From positions 263,102 to 287,101 of the forward strand of contig NZ_JAAUWW010000002.1 in assembly GCF_014694375.1 (NCBI RefSeq): a stretch of 24,000 nt of DNA, in the 5' to 3' direction. Positions 1 to 15,460 of this stretch are shown here, piece by piece. Position 1 is the first letter of the stretch. Each line of letters starts with the position of its first letter. The position numbers and the translations under genes are program-made. The stretch is from Vibrio sp. S17_S38. Its GTDB lineage: Bacteria > Pseudomonadota > Gammaproteobacteria > Enterobacterales > Vibrionaceae. Under the pieces are notes generated by a model that was given only the letters and a program-made list of their open reading frames with translations, was not told where the DNA came from and ran no database searches.

Positions 1-659
<659 letters not shown>

Positions 660-742
660 TTAAGTGGTGAGCAAGCCAAAGAATAATACAGTGCAATCTT
701 TTACTTACCCATGCTTTATTAGTAAACATGTGATCTATATTT

Positions 743-756
743 AGTAAATATTTACT
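743..756. promoter_or_regulatory. Perfect 14-bp palindrome AGTAAATATTTACT, candidate LacI-family (EbgR) operator in the porin-like/ygjH divergent promoter region
   Basis: The sequence is self-complementary as read. The GTAAA-NN-TTTAC core resembles GalR/LacI-family operators (TGTAAACGTTTACA type). An extra AGTAAA half-site lies at 721..726. The same motif recurs at 2943..2957 and 8388..8423. Confidence 0.4.
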
Positions 757-802
757 ATTTGTATACATTAAAGCCGAATGATTTGTTAACCTTTGAAAGT
801 AG

Positions 803-1222
<420 letters not shown>

Positions 1223-1271
1223 CCATATCGTTATAATGACGGATCGTGTTATTCGAGAACGCTAGGTTTAT

Positions 1272-1314
1272 AAAGCCCTTTCTTATTTATGACGTTGAGA
1301 AAGGGCTTTTTTAA
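1272..1314. terminator. Rho-independent terminator between convergent ygjH and the transporter gene
   Basis: Stem AAAGCCCTTTCT (1272..1283) pairs with AGAAAGGGCTTT (1298..1309) and is followed by a T-run on the plus strand. Confidence 0.7.
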
Positions 1315-1328
1315 GTTATCGCTATATT

Positions 1329-2891
<1,563 letters not shown>

Positions 2892-2942
2892 CTAGTATTG
2901 ATTTTTATCTAACGGTTACCTTCTAAAGTGTGATCTTAATTT

Positions 2943-2957
2943 AGTAAAATATTTACT
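2943..2957. promoter_or_regulatory. AGTAAA-ATA-TTTACT operator-like inverted repeat upstream of the distal transporter paralog
   Basis: Same half-sites as 743..756 with a 3-nt spacer, embedded in a block (about 2929..2957) nearly identical to 729..756. Confidence 0.35.
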
Positions 2958-3130
2958 TTTATTGTTTTGTTGATCTATTTGACGATAGAGGTAGAAAGGA
3001 GGGATGACTTAGTTGGTTTATTTTGAGTGGTATTGAATAAAGACATAAAAAGAAATAAAAAGAAATAACAAAGCCCTCTGATATGAAAAGGCTGCAGTGA
3101 TGACTATTAAGTCAAAAAATATACCGTATT

Positions 3131-3169
3131 AAGAGAAATATGGCGGTATCGCTAATGGATAACCGCCAT
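3131..3169 (-). terminator. Candidate terminator after the proximal transporter gene
   Basis: Stem ATGGCGGT (3140..3147) pairs with ACCGCCAT (3162..3169). On the minus strand it is followed by ATTTCTCTT, which is only moderately T-rich. Confidence 0.5.
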
Positions 3170-3183
3170 GTTTCATTGATTAA

Positions 3184-4662
<1,479 letters not shown>

Positions 4663-4757
4663 TCACGATAGATAGTTAAATTTTGATATTCATCGTGAGT
4701 ACTGTTTTTTTATTTGGGATAGTCAGCCTGACTATCCCCTTTATTTTTATCCCAGTA

Positions 4758-8431
<3,674 letters not shown>

Positions 8432-8501
8432 TTTTGTGTTCTGATAATAGTACTTCGATCACATTAAATAAGTGATCAGGTGGATTAGATGAGAGGTAGT
8501 G

Positions 8502-8537
8502 TCATAAAAAAGCCCCACTTAACGTTAAGTGGGGCTT
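8502..8537 (-). terminator. Rho-independent terminator of ebgR
   Basis: Perfect 28-bp palindrome AAGCCCCACTTAACGTTAAGTGGGGCTT (8510..8537), followed on the minus strand by TTTTTTAT. Confidence 0.75.
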
Positions 8538-8586
8538 GGGTGTAAATGATTGGAATAGTATTAATGATACTAAATTGTGATCAATA

Positions 8587-9579
<993 letters not shown>

Positions 9580-9909
9580 CTAAGGTTGTTTCATTGAATA
9601 AATAATAATGATTGTAATAAATCGATCGTTAAAACACATTAACTTTTACTAAAATTTTGATGTTTAAGTAGAATTTTATTCTGAGTAGAGTTTTTTTGAG
9701 GTAAAAGCGGCTTACTTTTTGAGGCTTGTTGTGTCATTAAATGAAAAACATGATGGAGATAATTTGAGGGTTTAATTCTCTGTGTCATTGCCTTAACGAA
9801 AAAATGCCCAGTAATTTAGTGGCTATGTATACTCTGATGACATGGTTTTGTAGTCTAAAAAATTGAACGACGAATGGTTAATTTTGTCGGGGTTATATAG
9901 CTAATATCA

Positions 9910-10593
9910 TTATTGAAAAGCCCACCAAAAGGCTTGATAGAACGCATCTTTTGCATTTTTTTCAATGACTAACCCGTTGGATGATAATAAGCGATCAAAA
10001 GGCCATGTCATTATCTCTTGAATTGAGGCTCTAAGCCGAGCTTTATTTTTGAATTTTCGACGTTCTAAATAAGGCAATTTGATTTCGTTTTTACTGCCTT
10101 GAATTAAGGTGGTTATTTTTTGCCCTAACGGTAGGTGAGGTTGAATAGCCACTAAATTATCACTAACAAATAGTGTACGACTGGTGGGATCGCAAAAGAT
10201 CATTTTGTTTGGATGATCGTCACTGACTACCGAGGTTTGTAGCAGTTGTCCTTGCCAAAGTTTAGGTGTGTTGTTTGAAAGCACACCATCAAAATTAAGA
10301 TCGGTTCGTTTTTCAATTAACGCATGTGTGGCATAAAAATACGCTTCTGAATAGGCCAACCACCAGTCAGATAAATATTGATGGTAAGTCGATGTTGGTG
10401 AAATGATGGCTTTCAGCGTACCAAGATTAGATAGCTCTAATTGCTTCTGCGTATCCAATTCAATCGGTGAGATCACGACCAATTGTTCATTTTCCAACTT
10501 AATGACGATCATGCGCTGAAGATGCGTTAATCCAAATTTATGGTATGGCATATCTTCATACCATACACGACCAGCTTCCCATTCAATTAACAT
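9910..10593 (-). CDS. Hypothetical protein, DUF4336-like (MBL-fold-like without an HxHxDH motif)
   Basis: 227-aa ORF. The pattern (R.W....P..F......RM.V..L....L...SP........L..LG....I..P...H...L..WW..Y) recalls DUF4336 proteins. No catalytic motif was recognised. Confidence 0.55.
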   Translation of the reverse strand: MLIEWEAGRVWYEDMPYHKFGLTHLQRMIVIKLENEQLVVISPIELDTQKQLELSNLGTLKAIISPTSTYHQYLSDWWLAYSEAYFYATHALIEKRTDLNFDGVLSNNTPKLWQGQLLQTSVVSDDHPNKMIFCDPTSRTLFVSDNLVAIQPHLPLGQKITTLIQGSKNEIKLPYLERRKFKNKARLRASIQEIMTWPFDRLLSSNGLVIEKNAKDAFYQAFWWAFQ

Positions 10594-10722
10594 TTAAATT
10601 GCTTCCTGCAAATATGCCTTTTGGCTCAATATACTTTTAAACTAATACACAGTTGTATCTGCATTGTAGTTTATCTCAAGTGATGATAACTGTAATTAGG
10701 AATCAATCTTAAATCATTATTT

Positions 10723-12027
10723 TTATAGAGAAGGTGTTTTATATTGACGATTAAACCACGTTTTCCAAGGCATCATTAAAAGTGTGAAAATGCAGATGGC
10801 ATAGAGCATACTCCAACCTAAACATAGGAAGACGATGCTACACAGGAGTGTTGAGAAACCAGCTAAGTATTTACTCCAACCGGTCAGTAACCGATAAGCT
10901 GAAAGCATGGCTAGCAAGTATAACAATACAAAAACACTGTTCGCTAGTTTGACTAAAGTTTCAAGATCTAGATTCGTGATATGACCAATGGTGACAGATA
11001 AAAATAGTACCACGGCTACAGCATAGGTGGCTTTGGTCGGCACACCACGTTTGGATAAACGAGTGAGGCTGCTGGTGGGCTGATAATCACGGGCTTGCGA
11101 CCACACTAAGCGAATCATGCTTTGAGTATATAAATTGATGCTAGCAAAACAAGCAAAGTAACCAATTAGGGTGATCACGGTGGCAAGCTTATTCCCGAGT
11201 AGTTGTTCGCTTAGCCAAGGAATGGAACTGTGCGCCAATATGTTTGGCTCAAATGCATGAAATTTTAAGATCACAACGGAGCACGCCCAATAAATAAATC
11301 CTGCTACAAAGCAACCAAGAATGATCGCGATGGGAAAATCTCGTTGCGGATTTTTAAATTCTTCTCCCATGTGTGTAAAAGCTTCTATACCAACAAAACA
11401 CCAAAACATAACTGCTAGCGCTGTACCAATAGGGTATATCGCAGAAGCATTCAAACTTGGCATTGGAATATCATCAATCCCAATATCACTTTGCCAAAAG
11501 AGTATCGCCACCAATGCAAAAATGCTGATCGCAATGAGCGTTTGAAAGTGAGATGAAGATTTACTGCCTAACAAGGTGAGCGCGAGAATAAGAACGATAG
11601 TGAGGATTTCCGATAAATAATATCCATCAATAAACCCAATACCTTGATTTAATAAATTGGGCATCCATTGGTTATCAAACAATATGGCATGACCAAAGCC
11701 GCCCGCCAAAGTAATCGCGGCTGGAAGACCAACAGGAAGCACACTTAAAAATAACCAAGCGACGCTGCGTTCGGTTTTGGAATTGAAAGCTTGGCGAACA
11801 AAATACGCAGTACCGCCCGCATTTGGGTAGCGTTGCCCTAAAATTGCAAAGGTGAGAGCAATGGGACAAATAGCAATGAATAGGATCACCCAAGCCCATA
11901 ATGACCAAGTGCCTGCTAGATTGGCCGCAATCGCTGGGATCATGAATAAACCAGTCCCTAGTAAGGTGGTTGAAAGCTGACCAACACCGCCTAAAAGGGT
12001 AATTTCTTGTTTTAAATTTTCACTCAT
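10723..12027 (-). CDS. yjeH: APC-family L-methionine/branched-chain amino acid exporter YjeH
   Basis: LKQEITLLGGVGQLSTTLLGTGLFMIPAIAANLAG..SLWAWVILFIAICPIALTFAILG.RYPNAGG.A.FV..AF...WLFLSVLPVGLPAA is collinear with E. coli YjeH as remembered. AAGAG SD lies upstream of ATG 12027. Confidence 0.85.
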   Translation of the reverse strand: MSENLKQEITLLGGVGQLSTTLLGTGLFMIPAIAANLAGTWSLWAWVILFIAICPIALTFAILGQRYPNAGGTAYFVRQAFNSKTERSVAWLFLSVLPVGLPAAITLAGGFGHAILFDNQWMPNLLNQGIGFIDGYYLSEILTIVLILALTLLGSKSSSHFQTLIAISIFALVAILFWQSDIGIDDIPMPSLNASAIYPIGTALAVMFWCFVGIEAFTHMGEEFKNPQRDFPIAIILGCFVAGFIYWACSVVILKFHAFEPNILAHSSIPWLSEQLLGNKLATVITLIGYFACFASINLYTQSMIRLVWSQARDYQPTSSLTRLSKRGVPTKATYAVAVVLFLSVTIGHITNLDLETLVKLANSVFVLLYLLAMLSAYRLLTGWSKYLAGFSTLLCSIVFLCLGWSMLYAICIFTLLMMPWKTWFNRQYKTPSL

Positions 12028-12077
12028 TTACTGCTCTTTTATGATTTGGATATTGAATGTATATATTTTCGCTTCAA

Positions 12078-13034
12078 TTACATGAGCTGAAAACTCGAGA
12101 GCAAAATAATCCCTAAGCTGCATGTGAGTATTGAACCTACGGTGGTCAAAGCAATAATATTGGCAGCTAAAGTAGCGTTTCCTCCCATGGAACGAGCCAT
12201 CACATAACTGGCTGCAGCGGCCGGAGAAGATGTCATGAAAAAGATCACTCCCAGTTCTAGGCCTTCAAATCCATACCAGTAAGCGCCAAGAGTGCTCATA
12301 AGTGGACAAAGAATTAATCGATAACTGCTGGCAAGAATATTGGCGGCTTTATCGTGCTGTAATTCTCGAATATTCAAAGAACCACCTGCGCATAATAAGG
12401 CTAAAGGCAGTGTCATATGTGCAAAATATTGCCCAGCATGGATAACCATTTCTGGTACAGGAACACTCAGCTTACTGGCAACTAATGCAAGCGTAATCGC
12501 GATAATTAATGGATTTTTTATAATGGCTTTGAGCATCCCAAGATAAGATTTAAGACTTGGTTCTTGGCTTTTAGGGGTTAAGGCTATTACGGCTAAAATA
12601 TTATATAAAATGGTGACACCAGCAATATAGATAGCCGCAATTGCAACGCCTGTTTCTCCATAAGCATTACTGACATAAGCCAGTCCAATAATCGCCATGT
12701 TCGAACGAAAAGCCCCCTGAACGATCACACCTTGATCTTTAGGTTCTTTAATGAACATTCGGGTTGTTATTGTGGCGAAAATAAAAAATACGATAGTAGA
12801 AATCATCCCAAACATGACCAAGGACAAGCTATCTGATGAGATGCTACTAGATTTGATAATGCTTAGAAATAATAACGCAGGTAGCGTAACTCGAAAGACC
12901 AGTTTGGAGGCAACTTCGATGAAATTATCGTTTATCATCTTAAAGTTGCGTAATAGTACCCCGAGCAATAACATCAAACAGATAGGGCCGGTAATAGAGA
13001 TAGAAAAGGCAAAATGCTGCATCAATTCAGTCAT
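12078..13034 (-). CDS. AEC (auxin efflux carrier) family transporter
   Basis: Polytopic membrane protein of about 318 aa from ATG 13034 (MTELMQHFAFSISITGPICLMLLLGVLL...), a typical AEC N-terminus. The track ORF starts at a TTG (13091) with no SD, so I prefer 13034. It lies 50 bp upstream of yjeH on the same strand. Confidence 0.8.
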   Translation of the reverse strand: MTELMQHFAFSISITGPICLMLLLGVLLRNFKMINDNFIEVASKLVFRVTLPALLFLSIIKSSSISSDSLSLVMFGMISTIVFFIFATITTRMFIKEPKDQGVIVQGAFRSNMAIIGLAYVSNAYGETGVAIAAIYIAGVTILYNILAVIALTPKSQEPSLKSYLGMLKAIIKNPLIIAITLALVASKLSVPVPEMVIHAGQYFAHMTLPLALLCAGGSLNIRELQHDKAANILASSYRLILCPLMSTLGAYWYGFEGLELGVIFFMTSSPAAAASYVMARSMGGNATLAANIIALTTVGSILTCSLGIILLSSFQLM

Positions 13035-13253
13035 AATTTTTCCGTGAAAAGAAGAGGTAAGATTCATACTGGAAGTACGCGCCAAAATCAATTAGAGAGT
13101 AACTCTATGTCACTCTTTAATCGTTAATGTCATTCAAACAAAAAGTACCATAAAAGTGACTAAAAATGATCGGTAACAGAAAATAAATCTTGAGTTAAAT
13201 GAAGAGCTCAGATAAAAAGAGTGCGTCAATCATTTATTAATAGGGACATAAAA

Positions 13254-13535
13254 ATGATCAAAGAAAATACATATTTTGAAGGTTCGGTAAAATCATTGGG
13301 TTTTACGCAAGAAGATGGTGATAGCAGTGTTGGTGTTATGGCTGCGGGTGAATATACATTTGGTACTGCGGCTCCAGAAAAAATGACCGTAGTAAAGGGC
13401 GCACTAACAGTAAAATTACCGGGTAGCGAAGAGTGGATCACTTATGAAGCAGGCCAAGCTTTTAATGTGGTTGGTGACTCTTCTTTTGATCTTAAAGTGA
13501 TTACGCCAACGGCTTATTTATGTGAGTATCTTTAA
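13254..13535 (+). CDS. ppnP: Pyrimidine/purine nucleoside phosphorylase PpnP (YaiE, DUF1255), 93 aa
   Basis: [17 protein letters not shown]...[59 protein letters not shown] matches E. coli PpnP as remembered. AGGGA lies upstream of ATG 13254. The GTG at 13221 in the track is a spurious extension. Confidence 0.9.
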   Translation: MIKENTYFEGSVKSLGFTQEDGDSSVGVMAAGEYTFGTAAPEKMTVVKGALTVKLPGSEEWITYEAGQAFNVVGDSSFDLKVITPTAYLCEYL

Positions 13536-13611
13536 AGAGGGCTGATTCATTCCACCTACGGAATACCCTCTTAACACAAGTTAAAGCCTATATTTAAACA
13601 ATATCGATGCA

Positions 13612-14265
13612 CTATTTCAGGGATGCGAGCATTGCTTGTTCGTCTTGTAATAATGCCTGCATCGAAGGACGAGCTTTAATACGAGAAATAAGAGCAGTAA
13701 GGTTAGGCCAACGCTGCTCATCTAATCGCTCACCAGCATATTCCATATTAATTATCTGACAAGTGAATGACAAATCCGCAAGACTTAAAGTGTCACCCAC
13801 CAAAAATTCTGCATTTCCAAGGCTTTGTTCAAGATAGTCAAAGTGCGTCGGCAGCTTTTCATTCATTGCCAATTGCACCATATTTTCATCACACGTTTTA
13901 TTCATACTTGGATTAATGATTCGATGCTGAAATATAGTGAAGGTTGTGAGCGGTGATAATTCATAGTCGGCATATTTCTCTAACCATCGTACTGTCGCTT
14001 TTTGTTCCGGACTTTGACCTAGTAATGGTGTTAGTTCAGGATGTTTATCCTCAATATATTGGCAAATTACACTAGAATCGGCCAATGAAAAATTGCCGTC
14101 TTTTATGGCAGGAATTCGCCCTAAAGGATTAATGTTTAAAAACCAAGATGGTTGATTAAAAGGTGGCACTATTTCTAATTGGTAATCGATCCCTTTTTCG
14201 AATAAACACAAGCGTAATTTACGCACAAATGGAGAGAGCGGAACGCCATAAACAGTTAAGCTCAT
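13612..14265 (-). CDS. Glutathione S-transferase family protein
   Basis: 217 aa. The thioredoxin-like N-domain has LSPFVRK (Ser/Cys-type catalytic position) and the RIPAL-like element GRIPAIKDG. The C-terminal half is helical. AAGGA SD lies 6 nt upstream of the ATG. Confidence 0.85.
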   Translation of the reverse strand: MSLTVYGVPLSPFVRKLRLCLFEKGIDYQLEIVPPFNQPSWFLNINPLGRIPAIKDGNFSLADSSVICQYIEDKHPELTPLLGQSPEQKATVRWLEKYADYELSPLTTFTIFQHRIINPSMNKTCDENMVQLAMNEKLPTHFDYLEQSLGNAEFLVGDTLSLADLSFTCQIINMEYAGERLDEQRWPNLTALISRIKARPSMQALLQDEQAMLASLK

Positions 14266-14333
14266 GATTAAATCCTTATTTAGTCGACAATATTAAAGAA
14301 GTAAAAGAAAGAGTTCTTGAGTCTACTCTCTAA

Positions 14334-14371
14334 CCAGCAATATGACTATCTTCCAGCAATATTACTATCTT
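14334..14371. repeat. Tandem 19-bp direct repeat (CCAGCAATATGACTATCTT / CCAGCAATATTACTATCTT) upstream of the GST gene
   Basis: Read directly from the sequence: two adjacent copies (14334..14352, 14353..14371) with one mismatch, 69-106 bp upstream of the GST start. Confidence 0.8.
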
Positions 14372-14423
14372 GAAACAGGTGTTGATTATATGAGATTGAA
14401 ATGGCCTCATTTTTACTTAATAT

Positions 14424-15323
14424 TTATTCTACCGTGAGTTGCCTACGTATCATCTCATCATTCACCCAGTGTAATAATTGTTTTATTGCTTTCGATAACA
14501 CCTGATTCTGACGCACGATATAACCTAAGCTGGTGGTGGGAAATTGCGGTAGTGGTGTGACGGAGGTGGTCAAGTTTAACTTTGTATGCAGTGAAAATTC
14601 TGGAACGATGGCCACGCCAAATCCCGCTTCTGCCCAATCAATTTGAGCATCGACACTGCCCACTTCCATAATGCGATAGTTTGGCAAGTTTAAAGAAGGT
14701 AGTGCGCTGTCTAGTAAATCGCGAGTTCGAGTATCGTGACCGAGTAAAATCAACGTTGGTGGCTCGGTTAACGTAATATTTTGATTATCTTTCGCTTGTT
14801 GCCATAAACTTAAGTTGTTACCTAGAGCACACCATTTTATTTTTTGTAGCTCGGTAAAATGCAGTGGTTCACTTTCTTTTTGTGCAATCACAAATCCAAG
14901 ATCGGCTTCGGCGCTTTTTACTAAGCTTGATGCTTGTGATGAAGTGGTATTGAGAAGTGAGAAATCAATACCAGGGAATTCTTTTTTAAATAACTGAAAA
15001 GGTTCAATCAGGAGTAAGCGAGAAATAATATCGCTAGCCGCAATAGTTAATGTACCTAAACTTAAATCATTAATCGCATTAAGATCTGATTGACATACTT
15101 GAAGATCCTGTAAGGTTTTTTGTCCTGTATCTAATAGCCGTAATCCTGCTTGGGTTAAGCAAAATGGATTGCGTTCAATGAGCTTTACTCGAGTGGTTTT
15201 TTCTAACTGTTTAATATGTAGACTGACATTGGGTTGAGTCATGTGCAGGGCATTAGCCGTTTTACCAAAGTGTTTTAATTCTGCTAAGGTCACAAAGGTT
15301 TTAAGCCAGTGGATATCTAACAT
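14424..15323 (-). CDS. LysR-family transcriptional regulator, 299 aa
   Basis: MLDIHWLKTFVTLAELKHFGKTANALHMTQPNVSLHIKQLE is a canonical LysR wHTH, followed by a periplasmic-binding-protein-like effector domain. GGGAGG lies 7 nt upstream of ATG 15323, so the track start at 15383 is an unsupported extension. It is divergent from the PurA paralog. Confidence 0.9.
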   Translation of the reverse strand: MLDIHWLKTFVTLAELKHFGKTANALHMTQPNVSLHIKQLEKTTRVKLIERNPFCLTQAGLRLLDTGQKTLQDLQVCQSDLNAINDLSLGTLTIAASDIISRLLLIEPFQLFKKEFPGIDFSLLNTTSSQASSLVKSAEADLGFVIAQKESEPLHFTELQKIKWCALGNNLSLWQQAKDNQNITLTEPPTLILLGHDTRTRDLLDSALPSLNLPNYRIMEVGSVDAQIDWAEAGFGVAIVPEFSLHTKLNLTTSVTPLPQFPTTSLGYIVRQNQVLSKAIKQLLHWVNDEMIRRQLTVE

Positions 15324-15376
15324 GCTATTGCCTCCCAAATTCAGATTGTCGTGATGATTCATGTTATATGCAATTC

Positions 15377-15391
15377 TTATCAAGACAATAA
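15377..15391. promoter_or_regulatory. Candidate LysR box (TTAT-N7-ATAA, contains T-N11-A) in the LysR/PurA-paralog divergent region
   Basis: TTATCAAGACAATAA was read in the 137-bp intergenic region, about 70-85 bp upstream of the purA-like ATG. The background is AT-rich, so the chance match rate is high. Confidence 0.25.
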
Positions 15392-15460
15392 TTATAATTA
15401 ATTTCTCTTATTTAGATAGGAGAGATAACATATTCGCTTAATCAATTTGGAGAATAAATT

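Noticed and set aside
729-751. Full CRP sites at the TGTGATCT elements next to the operators (also at 2929..2951)
   Set aside because: Only one half-site (TGTGA) matches. The partner half 6 nt away is CTAAA-like, with about 1 of 5 positions matching. I therefore report it only as part of the conserved block.
4716-4738. The GGGATAGTCAG/CTGACTATCCC hairpin as the terminator of the ebgAC transcript
   Set aside because: On the transcribed (minus) strand the hairpin is followed by an A-run rather than a U-run, so I kept it only as an unexplained structure.
9630-9650. EbgR autoregulatory operator upstream of ebgR (CATTAACTTTTACT)
   Set aside because: Only the right half-site TTTACT matches, and the left half matches 3 of 6. 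This is indistinguishable from background in AT-rich DNA.
13536-13571. Hairpin AGAGGG...CCCTCT (with inner ATTCC/GGAAT) after ppnP as a terminator
   Set aside because: The stem is short and interrupted by an asymmetric bulge, and there is no T-run on either strand. Support is too weak to list it as a feature.
15324-15383. Longer LysR start (15383), and likewise the longer starts for ppnP (13221), anmK (22702), the AEC transporter (13091, TTG) and ygjH (866)
   Set aside because: The internal ATGs have proper SD sequences and give N-termini and lengths matching the families. The extensions lack SDs.
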